Numbered from the stretch's first letter, positions 18,969-29,907 are shown. The stretch: 64,000 nt of DNA from Candidatus Levybacteria bacterium CG2_30_37_29 (GCA_001873215.1 MNYS01000009.1:67654-131653), one strand, 5' to 3'. Numbers and translations: made by a program. The notes: a model not told the origin generated them from the letters alone.

Positions 18969-20489
18969 ATGTTTGCAAAAGTTTTATCTTGCGCGGTTGT
19001 GGGGCTTGAAGGAATACAGGTTGAAGTAGAAACAGATATTCTAAATGGTCTTCCGGCATTTACGGTTGTCGGGCTTCCTGACAAAGCGGTCGAGGAATCA
19101 AAAGAGCGTGTCAGATCAGCTCTTAAAAATATAGGCGCAGACATTCCTGCAAAAAGAATTACGGTAAATCTTGCGCCGGGAGATCTTCCAAAAGAAGGTC
19201 CTTCTTTTGACCTTCCGATTGCAGTTTCAATTCTTGTTGCAAGCGGACAACTTCCGGCGGTTACAAACACCGCACTTTTTTTAGGAGAACTTTCTCTTGA
19301 CGGATCTCTTCGTCATACAAAAGGTGTTCTTCCTATGGTTTTGCTTGCAAAAGAAAAAGGCATTGAAAACGTTTTTGTCCCCGAAGAAAATTCCATGGAA
19401 GCGCAAATTGTTGAGGGCGTTAGCGTATTTGCCGCAAAAAGCTTGAAAGACGTTTTTTTGCACATTGCAGGACAAAAGCAAATGGAAAAACTTCCACATA
19501 TTAATTATGAAGAGCTTGAAGAAGACGAGGAATATGAATTTGACATGAAAGACGTTAGGGGGCAGGAATTTGTAAAACGCGCGCTTGAAGTTGCTGTTGC
19601 CGGAGGCCACAACATTTTATTTAAAGGTCCGCCGGGCGCCGGAAAAACCTTACTTGCCAAAACCATTCCTTCAATTTTACCTCCTCTTACTTTTGAGGAG
19701 GCGCTTGAGGTAACAAAAATTTATTCAATTTCAGGCCTTTTAGGAAAAAAACCTCTTATAAAAAAACGCCCTTTTAGAAGCCCTCACCACACAACGTCCC
19801 ACATAGGATTAATAGGTGGGTCTGCTCTTCCTCGCCCCGGTGAGATTTCTCTTGCGCACAGAGGTGTTCTTTTTTTGGACGAATTTCCCGAATTTCCCAG
19901 ACAAGTTCTTGAAGCTTTGCGTCAGCCAATTGAAGACGGATTTGTTGTCGTGTCCCGCGCGCGCGAGCGGGTGACTTTTCCAAGCAGATTTATGCTGGTT
20001 GCAGCAGCCAATCCGTGTCCTTGCGGATTTTTCGGCGAAAAAAATAAGACTTGTTCTTGCATTCCTTCCCAGATTCTCCGATACCAAAAGCGCCTATCTG
20101 GCCCTATTTTGGACAGGATTGATATTCATGTTGAAGTGCCTTCTGTTGAAATTTCAAAAATTACAACTGATGGAAAAGACGCGGAAGATTCCAAAACTGT
20201 TAGAAAAAGAATTGATAAAGCGCGCCTTGCCCAATACAAAAGGCTTATTGGAAAAAAGGCCGTGGCAAATGCTGATATGGGAGCAAAAGACATAAAAGAA
20301 ATGGTAAATATTACAGATGCTGCAAAAGAAATTTTAAAACAAGCCGTCGCGCGCCTTTCTCTTTCTGCAAGATCGTATCACAAAACAATAAAAGTCGCCC
20401 AAACAATCGCGGACTTAGAAGGTTCAAAGACCGTAGAACGCGAGCACGTTTTGGAAGCGCTTCAATACAGAGTAAAAACTACGATATGA
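18969..20489 (+). CDS. comM: YifB/ComM Mg-chelatase-like AAA+ ATPase
   Basis: VGLPDKAVEESKERV, GPPGAGKT, RSPHHT, GEISLAHRGVLFLDE, NPCPCG. Confidence 0.93.
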   Translation: MFAKVLSCAVVGLEGIQVEVETDILNGLPAFTVVGLPDKAVEESKERVRSALKNIGADIPAKRITVNLAPGDLPKEGPSFDLPIAVSILVASGQLPAVTNTALFLGELSLDGSLRHTKGVLPMVLLAKEKGIENVFVPEENSMEAQIVEGVSVFAAKSLKDVFLHIAGQKQMEKLPHINYEELEEDEEYEFDMKDVRGQEFVKRALEVAVAGGHNILFKGPPGAGKTLLAKTIPSILPPLTFEEALEVTKIYSISGLLGKKPLIKKRPFRSPHHTTSHIGLIGGSALPRPGEISLAHRGVLFLDEFPEFPRQVLEALRQPIEDGFVVVSRARERVTFPSRFMLVAAANPCPCGFFGEKNKTCSCIPSQILRYQKRLSGPILDRIDIHVEVPSVEISKITTDGKDAEDSKTVRKRIDKARLAQYKRLIGKKAVANADMGAKDIKEMVNITDAAKEILKQAVARLSLSARSYHKTIKVAQTIADLEGSKTVEREHVLEALQYRVKTTI

Positions 20490-22816
20490 TGAATGAAAAA
20501 AATAATCTATCAGGCTTAACAGAAAAAGAAGCAAAAGAATTATTAGAAAAGTATGGTGAAAACTCAATTAAGTATTCTAGAAAAACATCATTTCTTCAGC
20601 TTCTTTTTTCGCAATACAAAAACATAATAACCTTAGTTCTGGTTTTTGCTTCGCTTTTTTCATTTGCATCAGGCGAGTTAATAGACGGATTTTTTATACT
20701 TCTTGTTCTTTTAGTAAACGGGCTTTTTGGTTTTTTTCAGGAATTCAGGGCAGAAAAAACTATTGAAAAGCTTCAGGAATTTCTTTTGCCCAAAGCCATA
20801 GCTATCAGGGACGCAAAAGAAGTTGAAATTTGGGCACATGAAATTGTTCCCGGAGATATTATTGTTTTGAGGGAAGGAGATAGAATTCCTGCTGACGGAA
20901 AACTGCTGAGTAACGTAATGCTTGAAGTCGACGAAGCAGTCTTAACAGGAGAATCCCTCCCATCGGAGAAAATGAAAAACAGCTCTCTTTATTCAGGAAC
21001 TTTTGTTGTAAGAGGAAGAGGTTATTTTAAGGTTGAAGAAACAGGAATTTCTAGTAAAATTGGAAAAATTGCCGAAGAACTTGAAAAAATAAAAAAACCC
21101 AAAATTCCTTTGTCGGAAAACCTCTCAAATTTAGGAAAGAAAATAACACTTCTTGCAGTTAGTTTTGCGTTGATTCTTCTTGTTGTCGGAATAATTCAGG
21201 GAAGAGAGATCAAAGAAATTATTCTAACCGTAATAAGCCTTTCTGTTGCGCTAATTCCCGAAGGTCTTCCTCTTGTTGTCACAATAGCTCTTGCAGTTGG
21301 GGCTCACAGAATGGCAAGGAGAAAGGCAATAGTTAGAAAAATGGCAGCAATTGAAACTTTGGGTGCGACAACCGTTATTTTATCGGACAAAACAGGCACA
21401 ATTACCCAAAATAAAATGAAAGTTAAGAGGCACTGGATATACGACGAAAAGCTACCTCTTTTTTTAAGAGGGTGCGTTCTTGGAAATACAGCATCTCTTA
21501 TATTAAAAGAAGACAATGGAGAGCTTGAAATTGTTGGTGATAAAACAGACGGAGCTCTTCTTGTGTTTGCCAAAAATCAAGTTAATGACATCGAAGAATA
21601 TAGGAATGAAGGAAGAATAATTAATGAAAAACCTTTTAATCCCGAAACTAAAACGATCGAAGTTACGTGGGAAGCAAAAAACCAAAAACACGTTTTTGTG
21701 AGAGGTGCCCCTGAGAGTATTTTAAAAATTATCACGAACAAAAAAGAAAAAGAAGAGCTTGAAAAAGAAATTAATAGATTTGCAGAAGAAGGACTACGGG
21801 TCATCGGTTTTGCTCAAAAGAAAGACAGTTCCGAATTCTCCCTCCTTGGAATACTTGGGATTTATGATCCTCCAAGAAATGAAGCGAAAGAAGCAATTGA
21901 AAAGGCGCGGACAGCAGGAATAAGAGTTGTAATGGTGACAGGAGATAATCCGCTAACCGCAAAGAAAATTTCTGAAGAAATCGGCTTAATCTCAGAAGGT
22001 GAGTTGGTGGTTACATCTGATGAAATATCAAAGATGACAGACGAGGAATTTTTAAAAATTCTTCCAAGAGTTAGGGTTTTTGCAAGAATGCTTCCCGAAG
22101 ACAAGCTCCGTCTTTTAAGGATTTATAAAAGAAGCGGTGAAGTGGTTGCCGTTACCGGAGATGGAGTAAATGATGCGCTTGCGTTGTCGGAAGCACATAT
22201 CGGTGTTGCAATGGGCGAAACAGGCACCGATGTTGCAAAAGAAGCGGCGGATGTTGTGATTACGGACGATAACCTTTATACAATTGTTCATGCGGTCGAA
22301 GAAGGAAGAGGAATTTATGACAACCTTATTAAAGTTGTAGTTTTTCTTATTTCTTCAAATTTTACGGAATTTCTTATTGTTTTTGTGGGAATAATGATTG
22401 GGCTTCCAATCCCCCTTACGCCCACCCAAATCCTTTGGGTGAATTTAGTAGGTGACGGGCTTCCTGCTATGGTTCTTGCAATAGATACGAAAAGAAAAAA
22501 TCTTCTATTTAATAAACCAAGAGATATTAAAGAACAAATACTGAATAAACAAAGAGTTATTCGGGTTTTTCAAATTATAATACCCTTCTTATTGTTTTTA
22601 ATAATTCTATATATATTTGCACTTTCAAAATTTGACCATTCAACTTCAAGAATGATTCTTTTTAACGCACTTGTTTTTGGAGAAATGATAATTGTCTTTT
22701 TGATAAGAGGAGGGATAAGACCTCTAAATAAATTTCTTATTCTTGCTGTTTTTGCTTCACTTTTCCTTCAGGTCTTAATTAACGTGGTTCCCTTTTTAAG
22801 AGCCGTTTTTTCCTAA
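20486..22816 (+). CDS. Cation-transporting P-type ATPase (P2A-like)
   Basis: TGES, IPEGL, DKTGT, TGDN, GDGVND, QILWVNLVGDG. Confidence 0.93.
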   Translation: MMNEKNNLSGLTEKEAKELLEKYGENSIKYSRKTSFLQLLFSQYKNIITLVLVFASLFSFASGELIDGFFILLVLLVNGLFGFFQEFRAEKTIEKLQEFLLPKAIAIRDAKEVEIWAHEIVPGDIIVLREGDRIPADGKLLSNVMLEVDEAVLTGESLPSEKMKNSSLYSGTFVVRGRGYFKVEETGISSKIGKIAEELEKIKKPKIPLSENLSNLGKKITLLAVSFALILLVVGIIQGREIKEIILTVISLSVALIPEGLPLVVTIALAVGAHRMARRKAIVRKMAAIETLGATTVILSDKTGTITQNKMKVKRHWIYDEKLPLFLRGCVLGNTASLILKEDNGELEIVGDKTDGALLVFAKNQVNDIEEYRNEGRIINEKPFNPETKTIEVTWEAKNQKHVFVRGAPESILKIITNKKEKEELEKEINRFAEEGLRVIGFAQKKDSSEFSLLGILGIYDPPRNEAKEAIEKARTAGIRVVMVTGDNPLTAKKISEEIGLISEGELVVTSDEISKMTDEEFLKILPRVRVFARMLPEDKLRLLRIYKRSGEVVAVTGDGVNDALALSEAHIGVAMGETGTDVAKEAADVVITDDNLYTIVHAVEEGRGIYDNLIKVVVFLISSNFTEFLIVFVGIMIGLPIPLTPTQILWVNLVGDGLPAMVLAIDTKRKNLLFNKPRDIKEQILNKQRVIRVFQIIIPFLLFLIILYIFALSKFDHSTSRMILFNALVFGEMIIVFLIRGGIRPLNKFLILAVFASLFLQVLINVVPFLRAVFS

Positions 22817-23440
22817 AAGCCGGTTTAATTTTATAAAGTTTTCATAAGGATTTTCTGCGTTTAGGACATAGCTTGTCGCTACAAATCGCGTTGCTCCCGC
22901 ATCAAATGCGGGTTTTATAGTTTTATCATTAATTCCTCCGTCCACTTCGATTGGAATGTCTGATTTATTTCGCAGTTCTTTTATTTTTTCAAGCCTCTGA
23001 GGGTTTAGTTTTGGTCCGGAAAATCCTACGCGGTCTGAAGTATAAATAAGTACCGCATCCAAATTTTCAAGCTTTACCTTAATTTCTTCAATTCGTGTTG
23101 GTCCATCGATTGCAAGACTGGCATCACCAAATTGTTTCGCAGTTTGTATAAACTCTTCTTGGTTAGACATTTTTTCGATGTGCCCCAAAAAACGCTTAAA
23201 ACCTGCTTCGCCCCAAGGTTTTAAATAATTTATTGGTTCAGCAACCATCATATGAAGCTCAAAAAAGAAATCGTTTGAATATTTTTTAAAAGGTTGCGGA
23301 TCAAGAAATGTTTTGTTGTTTGCAAAAACCCCGTCAATTATATCAATGTGAACGGTTTTAGCAAAAGGTTTTATGAGCTCAAGTTTTCGCTCAATCTCTG
23401 GCCAAGTCTGTTCTAGGATTCCGGGAATAACTTCGTTCAT
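22796..23440 (-). CDS. rpe: Ribulose-phosphate 3-epimerase
   Basis: HIDIIDG, ELHMMV, IEVDGGIN. Confidence 0.92.
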   Translation of the reverse strand: MNEVIPGILEQTWPEIERKLELIKPFAKTVHIDIIDGVFANNKTFLDPQPFKKYSNDFFFELHMMVAEPINYLKPWGEAGFKRFLGHIEKMSNQEEFIQTAKQFGDASLAIDGPTRIEEIKVKLENLDAVLIYTSDRVGFSGPKLNPQRLEKIKELRNKSDIPIEVDGGINDKTIKPAFDAGATRFVATSYVLNAENPYENFIKLNRLLGKNGS

Positions 23441-23445
23441 ATTTA

Positions 23446-23628
23446 TTATTTCCTTTTTATAACTAATCCGATAATTCCGGCTGCTAAAAACATCAGTCCG
23501 CCAGCCAGATAAAGTATTCCAATACTTTCTTTATTAATAAAATAATCTCCATAACCAAAAATTATTAATGATATTCCAAGCATAAGATTTATCACAGAGA
23601 TAATTATTTGCGTGTTTGTTTTTTTCAT
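23446..23628 (-). CDS. Small 2-TM membrane protein
   Basis: AAAGGAGGT SD before the ATG at 23628; two hydrophobic helices. Confidence 0.65.
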   Translation of the reverse strand: MKKTNTQIIISVINLMLGISLIIFGYGDYFINKESIGILYLAGGLMFLAAGIIGLVIKRK

Positions 23629-23689
23629 AAATCTACCTCCTTTCTGTTTGTGCATTATCTCAAATATATACTCAATTATTAGTATGAGT

Positions 23690-23899
23690 TTATGAGTCCT
23701 GAATTTTTAAATACGACTCTAAGTACCCGCACGAACTACATGCATAAGTAAATGTGGGCCGGCTTTTGACCGTTAAGAAAATATCTCTTAAACCACTTGG
23801 AAGTTTTTGGGTCCAGGCTTGTTGTGTGGGAACCTTCATTGCTATTAAATCAATTAGTACTCCTTTTTCCATTTCTCCACTACATTTCGGACACTTCAT
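23690..23899 (-). CDS. Small zinc-ribbon protein
   Basis: MKCPKC..EMEKG ... YACSSCGYLESY; translationally coupled to rpiB. Confidence 0.75.
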   Translation of the reverse strand: MKCPKCSGEMEKGVLIDLIAMKVPTQQAWTQKLPSGLRDIFLTVKSRPTFTYACSSCGYLESYLKIQDS

Positions 23900-24348
23900 A
23901 AGCTCACCTCCTCTATTTCTTTTATCTTCTCAATTCTTCTGACATGTCTTTCTTCGCCTGAAAATGGAGTCTCTAAAAACAACTGAACTAGTTTAAAGAT
24001 ATCTCCCTCTGCTATTAATTCAGAACCGATAGACATAACATTTGCGTCATTATGTTGTCGAGCCAGTACAACATTTTTCTCATTTATTGCCAAAAATGCC
24101 CGTATGCCTTTAATCTTGTTTGCAGCCATTGCCTCTCCGGCGCCGGATTTTCCAAAGACGATACCAAACGAATCTAGGTTTTGGGCTACTTTTATAGCTG
24201 CAACTTTTATAAAATCTGGATAATCATCGTTTGGATTAAATTCGAATGCCCCGCAATCCTCAACTTCATGGCCTTGATCTTCAAGCATTTTTTTTACTTT
24301 TTCTTTTACTTCAAATCCTGCGTGATCTGATGCTAAAAATTCTTTCAT
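23896..24348 (-). CDS. rpiB: Ribose-5-phosphate isomerase B
   Basis: ASDHAGF, DDYPD, ANKIKGIRA, ARQHNDAN, RHVRRI. Confidence 0.93.
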   Translation of the reverse strand: MKEFLASDHAGFEVKEKVKKMLEDQGHEVEDCGAFEFNPNDDYPDFIKVAAIKVAQNLDSFGIVFGKSGAGEAMAANKIKGIRAFLAINEKNVVLARQHNDANVMSIGSELIAEGDIFKLVQLFLETPFSGEERHVRRIEKIKEIEEVSL

Positions 24349-25259
24349 GTTTTTTTTGCTTCCATAAATATTTTATAAAATCTTTGATAATTATAGCTTA
24401 TTTTCTCAACTGCTTCCTCTTTTTTTATCTGTCCGCTGGTAAAATAAACCAATGGATCCCAAAAAACTGTTCTTCCAACTGCAAATCCTACAATTCCGTC
24501 AACGGAAGCTCCTGTTTTTAGCCAATGTAAGACTTGGGGTTCTTCTGCTCCACGTCCAAGAATAATAATTCCTACATTGTTTCTGTCGTTTTTTCGCGCT
24601 TGGTTAACAGCATTTTCATAATCTTTTTTTGTTTCCATTCCTTCAAGTTTCCAGATGTCCGGCTCTACCCCTCCGTTTTGAAGCTCCTCCATCATTTTTA
24701 AAGTAAGGCCGGGTCTTAAATTTTTATCAAACTCTTCCTGGCTTGAGTTTTTTAGTTCTTCTTCTGTCGGGATTACCAAGGGTTCAATTAAAAATTTAAA
24801 TCCATTTCCATGGCAAAAATCACTCAAAGCCCTAAGTTTTTCTATTTGTCTTATGTTTAAATTCTTATCTCCTTCAGGATTGTACCGGATTAAAGCCTTA
24901 GCAAATTCAGGATTGTATTTTTTAATGTGGTCAAATTCAGCCTCCCCATACTCAAAATCAAATTCGCTTTTTCCGCTTTTTTCTGTTGTTAAAATTGTTG
25001 TGAAACCTTCTTTCTTTGCGTCAAGCAAAATTTGGCTTCCGAATTCTTCATCAACTAAAATTGCAGCTTCTTCTTTTGGTACGCTTTCCATAACTGCTTT
25101 TTTAAAAGCTTCATAAATTATTTCCTTTTCTTCTTTAATCTTTTCTGTTTCTTGTGGAGTTGGAAGTCTATCGTGAATTCCAAGCATGTTTTTGGTAAAA
25201 GATGACCTGTGGTCAAAGGGAAGTATAAAAAGTAAATTTTTATAACCTAAATTATTCAT
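24345..25259 (-). CDS. DUF2090 class I aldolase-like TIM-barrel protein
   Basis: ILPFDHRSSF, ILVDEEFG, PDIWKLEG, GFAVGRTVF. Confidence 0.82.
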   Translation of the reverse strand: MNNLGYKNLLFILPFDHRSSFTKNMLGIHDRLPTPQETEKIKEEKEIIYEAFKKAVMESVPKEEAAILVDEEFGSQILLDAKKEGFTTILTTEKSGKSEFDFEYGEAEFDHIKKYNPEFAKALIRYNPEGDKNLNIRQIEKLRALSDFCHGNGFKFLIEPLVIPTEEELKNSSQEEFDKNLRPGLTLKMMEELQNGGVEPDIWKLEGMETKKDYENAVNQARKNDRNNVGIIILGRGAEEPQVLHWLKTGASVDGIVGFAVGRTVFWDPLVYFTSGQIKKEEAVEKISYNYQRFYKIFMEAKKT

Positions 25260-26229
25260 GTAAAACTTCTGCTGTAATTTTAGGGTTTTCCTCAAGATAT
25301 TTTAAAATTTCGCTGCCGGTAAAAAGACCGTCCTGCGCCCCGACTTTTTGCATAACAGAGTACGCGTTTGATGCCCCCCACGCCATTGCTTGGTCAATTT
25401 CCTTTTCTTGTAAAATTGCCGCCAAAAAACCTGTTGCATATGCGTCTCCTGCGCCTGTTCTATTGATTTCAGAGGAAGTGGGAATTGCAGAGATTCTATA
25501 GATTTGACCATTTGCTGCCACCGAATACGCGCCGTTTGCACCGTCAGTTATCGAAATAATTTTTGGTCCAAGAGAAGAAAGGTTTGAAAAAATATTTTTT
25601 ATGTTTCCTCCTGAAAGACCTGTTTGTTTTAAGATTACTTCCGCTTCTTGGCGGTTTACAAATAAATAGTTTGTTTTTTTCAGAGCAGAACTTACAATAT
25701 CTCCAAACTCTTCAATCTGTTTTGTCCCTGGTGAAAAAGCAAGGATTGAACCTTTTTCCAGGCAAAAGTCCAATACTTTTTTGTATGTTTCTTCCCAGCG
25801 GTCTCCGATAGACGTGAGGTAGACAACGTCAGGTTTTGTTTCTTCTTTATGGTCAAAATTATGGTCGCCGACTTCGTGATGGGACAAAATAATTCTATCT
25901 TTTCCAAAATTAAGAATAACAGAAAGTCCTGTTGTTTTCCCTCGCGCGCTATCTGTTAATAGTTTTACGTTTTCAGAAAGAATTGTATTTTCTATTTCTT
26001 TTGAAAGAGCGTCATCTCCAAGCCATGTAAAAAAAGAAGTATTTATTCCAAGTCTTGCTAGTCCTACCGAAACGTTTGCCCCGTTCCCCCCAAGGGTTAG
26101 TTTGTCAATTTGTGTCGGAATTTTGTCTCCAAGCTGAAGCTCTATGCTTTGTCCGGAAGTTTTTACGTGGCTTTCTTCAAGACGTAAAAAAAGATCAATA
26201 AGGCTTGCTCCTACAACTAGTATATTCAT
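25252..26229 (-). CDS. PfkB-family carbohydrate kinase
   Basis: GGNGANVSVGLARLG, ITDGANGA, TGAGDAY. Confidence 0.9.
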   Translation of the reverse strand: MNILVVGASLIDLFLRLEESHVKTSGQSIELQLGDKIPTQIDKLTLGGNGANVSVGLARLGINTSFFTWLGDDALSKEIENTILSENVKLLTDSARGKTTGLSVILNFGKDRIILSHHEVGDHNFDHKEETKPDVVYLTSIGDRWEETYKKVLDFCLEKGSILAFSPGTKQIEEFGDIVSSALKKTNYLFVNRQEAEVILKQTGLSGGNIKNIFSNLSSLGPKIISITDGANGAYSVAANGQIYRISAIPTSSEINRTGAGDAYATGFLAAILQEKEIDQAMAWGASNAYSVMQKVGAQDGLFTGSEILKYLEENPKITAEVLHE

Positions 26230-26362
26230 ATCCAATTGGTATTATTGTAATATGATTTTTTGTGTATTAAAAGAGGAAGATTCAAGGTAGTAATACTTGC
26301 CTCTTTTCCTCACCGTTTTGTTTTGATATAATTCAACACTAAATCCCTGCCCTATAGTCTAT

Positions 26363-28762
26363 ATGATAGTTTTGCGATTTGTTCTATTTTTTTTTGTTTT
26401 TATACTTGTAAAAATTGGTGATGGAGTAATCCTTTTATTAAACATTGCCAAGAATACAGTCCTGTATTTTATTAAAAAAATATTTTCTTTAAGAAAATTT
26501 TTAAGAATTAAAAGCAAATCCGGAACTTTTGATTTAAGAAAAAAAGAAACCAGCAAGAAAATTATTTCACCTAAGATATTTTTAGAAAGCAGAATTTATA
26601 CTCTGAAAAGAGCTTTTCTTGGATTTTCAAATTCAACTTCTTCCATTATTTCCAAGATAGTTATTTCTATTATTTCTTTTATTGTAATTTGTTTCAGGCA
26701 AATTTTAGCTTTTTTTAAACGAATTGGAAAAATAACTTGGAAGATAATACCGCACAAAAAAGAAAAAAAAGAAGAGGATATCAAATCCAAAAAAAAATAT
26801 GCCCGCCCGTCATTTTCTTACAACATTAAGCTTATTTTTCTAGGATTTATTTTTTCAACTGTTTTTATTTTTCTCCCGCTTCTAACTCTTATTTTTCTTT
26901 CAGACCTTCCAAGTCCATCAAATTTGTCCGTAAATTTTATACCCAAAACTACAAAAATTTATGATAAGAACGGAAACCTTTTATATGAAATATACGCAAA
27001 TCAAAACAGAACAATTGTCGCACTTTCTGAAATTCCAAAGAACTTAAAAAACGCGACAATTGCAATTGAGGATAAAGATTTTTATACACATCCCGGATTT
27101 GACGTAAAGGGAATTGCCCGTGCTTTTATCTCAAACACGCGTAATAAAAATATTCAGGGAGGTTCGACGATTACCCAGCAGTTAATAAAATCTGCGTTTT
27201 TCTCATCAGAGCCAAGCATTGCTCGCAAAGTGAAAGAAATAGTTTTGGCTTTTTGGGCAGAGAGGCTTTACTCAAAAGATAAAATATTAGAATTGTATTT
27301 TAATTACGTCCCTTATGGAGGGACGGCATGGGGAATTGAATCTGCAAGCGAAATATATTTTGGAAAAAACGTAACAGATCTAAGTCTTGGAGAATCGGCA
27401 TTTCTTGCCGGTCTTCCCCGTGCCCCCAGCGCGTACTCTCCGTATTTTGGCAACGGAAAGTTGTGGAAAAAGAGGCAAAAGGAAGTTCTGGATGCAATGG
27501 TCCACCTTTCTTATATAAAGCCAGACGATGGAAAAAAAGCTCTTGAAGAAGACCTTCAATTTAAAACCCCAAATACACGAATAAAGGCTCCACACTTTGT
27601 CATGTATGTTCGCGACTGGCTTATCCAAAAGTATGGATTGTCTGAAGTTGAAAGAGGAGGTTTACAAGTAAAAACTACTCTCGATCTTCCTTTGCAGGAA
27701 AAAATAGAACAAATTGTCGCATCTGAAATTGACCAAGATGCTTATCTTAATATACATAATGGCGCGGCTTTAATAACCAATCCTTCAACAGGGGATATTC
27801 TATCTATGGTTGGAAGTAAAAATTATTTTGATACGGAAGCGGAAGGGAATGTAAATATTGTTACTGCAAGCCGTCAGCCGGGATCAACAATAAAACTTGT
27901 AACTTATGCGCTTGCACTTTCAACAGGTTTTACAGAAGCAACAATATTGGATGATACCCCTCTTACCATATATAGTCAGGGTGGGCCTTCTTATACGCCT
28001 GTTAATTACGACGGAGCTTTTCATGGACGAATTCCTCTTAGAACAGCTTTTGCAAACTCTTTTAATATACCGGCAGTTAGAACTGCGCAAAAAATGGGGG
28101 TTGATAATATAGTCAATTTCGGCAGAGATATGGGAATTTCTTCTTGGAAGGATTCTTCAAAGTATGGAATTTCAATAACGCTTGGTGGCGCGGAAGTGAC
28201 AATGAAAGAATTAGCAACAGCATACGGAACAATTGCAAATGAAGGAAAACGCGTAGATATTAATCCTATTCTTGAGGTGAAAGATGCTCTTGGTAAGATT
28301 CTTTATCAAAAATCTATTGTTGAAAAACAGGTTGTTGATCCGGGAGTTGCATTTATTATTTCAGACATACTTGCTGACAATAATGCGCGAAGCATTGAAT
28401 TCGGCTCAAATTCTCCGCTTTCTATTCCGGGAAAAAGAGTGTCCGTTAAAACAGGAACAACAGATTACAAGCGCGATAACTGGACAATTGGGTATACTAA
28501 AAATGTTTTGGTTGCAACATGGGTTGGGAATAATGACAACTCGCCGATGAGCCAAAGTCTTGTGTCGGGAATTACAGGTGCAGCTCCAATGTGGAATAAA
28601 ATAATATCTTCGCTTATGCCCGAAAACAATGAAAGCAATACTCCTCCGCCAAATATTGTAAAAAAGTATTGTCTTGGGCAAGACAGGTTTTTTATTAAGG
28701 GTTCTGAAAATACGGTTTTGTGTGTGATGCCAACGCCTATACCAAGCCCAACTCCGCAGTAA
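26363..28762 (+). CDS. Class A penicillin-binding protein (long N-terminal extension)
   Basis: EDKDFYTH, GGSTITQQL, RKVKE, SxxK (STIK), SFN, KTGT. Confidence 0.93.
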   Translation: MIVLRFVLFFFVFILVKIGDGVILLLNIAKNTVLYFIKKIFSLRKFLRIKSKSGTFDLRKKETSKKIISPKIFLESRIYTLKRAFLGFSNSTSSIISKIVISIISFIVICFRQILAFFKRIGKITWKIIPHKKEKKEEDIKSKKKYARPSFSYNIKLIFLGFIFSTVFIFLPLLTLIFLSDLPSPSNLSVNFIPKTTKIYDKNGNLLYEIYANQNRTIVALSEIPKNLKNATIAIEDKDFYTHPGFDVKGIARAFISNTRNKNIQGGSTITQQLIKSAFFSSEPSIARKVKEIVLAFWAERLYSKDKILELYFNYVPYGGTAWGIESASEIYFGKNVTDLSLGESAFLAGLPRAPSAYSPYFGNGKLWKKRQKEVLDAMVHLSYIKPDDGKKALEEDLQFKTPNTRIKAPHFVMYVRDWLIQKYGLSEVERGGLQVKTTLDLPLQEKIEQIVASEIDQDAYLNIHNGAALITNPSTGDILSMVGSKNYFDTEAEGNVNIVTASRQPGSTIKLVTYALALSTGFTEATILDDTPLTIYSQGGPSYTPVNYDGAFHGRIPLRTAFANSFNIPAVRTAQKMGVDNIVNFGRDMGISSWKDSSKYGISITLGGAEVTMKELATAYGTIANEGKRVDINPILEVKDALGKILYQKSIVEKQVVDPGVAFIISDILADNNARSIEFGSNSPLSIPGKRVSVKTGTTDYKRDNWTIGYTKNVLVATWVGNNDNSPMSQSLVSGITGAAPMWNKIISSLMPENNESNTPPPNIVKKYCLGQDRFFIKGSENTVLCVMPTPIPSPTPQ

Positions 28763-28815
28763 CTACATCATTCACTAAATTTGTAACAATCTTCTTTTTA
28801 TGCATAAATAGATGT

Positions 28816-29907
28816 ATGGGTAATAATTTACGCGGTGTTTTGCGAGCACATTCTGTGAAAAAAGGGAAAACTGTTCTTCTTAGAATTGATACAGACGTTG
28901 ATTTTGTAGGCGGAAAAATTCTTGATGATACAAGACTAACTGCTTGTGACAAAACACTCTCTTATCTTTTGAAAAAAGGTGCGGATGTTATTCTTTTGGG
29001 GCATCTTGGAAGACCAACTGAAAGTCAAAAATCAAAAATCAAAAGTCAAAAGTACGCAGAAGAGTTTAGTTTGGAGCCGGTTGCCAAGTGGTTTGCAAAA
29101 CACTACAAGGGAATTGTTGAAAAAAGAATGATAGGTGAATTTGAAGGATGGGAAATAACTCCGCATCTCCATTTGCTCGAAAATCTCCGTTTTTTTTCAG
29201 GCGAGGAAGCAAACGATAAAGAATTTAGCCGGTCGCTTTCCATTTTGGGAGACTTTTATGTAAATGATGCGTTCGCCGTTTCTCACAGATCCCACGCAAG
29301 CATAGTGGGAATTGCAGAGCTTCTTCCGTCTTATGCCGGATTTCATTTAGAAAAAGAAATTGAAACATTAGGGAACATTTTAAAAGACCCAAAAAGACCG
29401 CTTACGGTACTTATTGGAGGTGCAAAAATTGAAACAAAATTGCCTCTTGTTGAGAAGATGCATAGAATAGCAGACTATGTGTTGGTTGGTGGAGAAATAG
29501 CCGAGCAGGACGCAATGCTTATAAAAGTACAGCACGAAAAAATAAATCCGCCTGCCGGCGGAAAAAAATCTGCGGTTCTGGTTGCCGATAATATATCAAG
29601 CGGCTTGGATATTACCGATAAAGACGCAGAAAATTTTATTCAAATTCTGGACATTTCAAAAACAATTGTTTGGAATGGGCCGGTTGGGAAAATGGGAGTA
29701 ACTGAAACTGAAAGAAATACTTTAAGAATTGCAAAGGCGGTTGCAAGCTCAAAAGCATACACAGTGGTAGGAGGCGGTGATACTCTTGCGCTACTAAAAG
29801 AGCATAATCTTCTTAATAAATTTTCATTTGTTTCAACAGGCGGCGGAGCAATGCTTGAATTTTTATCAGGTAAAGAACTCCCCGGAATCGAAGCGCTGAA
29901 AAAGTAG
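28816..29907 (+). CDS. pgk: Phosphoglycerate kinase
   Basis: HLGRP, LLENLRF, NDAFAVSHR, GGAK, WNGP, GGGDT, STGGGA. Confidence 0.95.
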   Translation: MGNNLRGVLRAHSVKKGKTVLLRIDTDVDFVGGKILDDTRLTACDKTLSYLLKKGADVILLGHLGRPTESQKSKIKSQKYAEEFSLEPVAKWFAKHYKGIVEKRMIGEFEGWEITPHLHLLENLRFFSGEEANDKEFSRSLSILGDFYVNDAFAVSHRSHASIVGIAELLPSYAGFHLEKEIETLGNILKDPKRPLTVLIGGAKIETKLPLVEKMHRIADYVLVGGEIAEQDAMLIKVQHEKINPPAGGKKSAVLVADNISSGLDITDKDAENFIQILDISKTIVWNGPVGKMGVTETERNTLRIAKAVASSKAYTVVGGGDTLALLKEHNLLNKFSFVSTGGGAMLEFLSGKELPGIEALKK

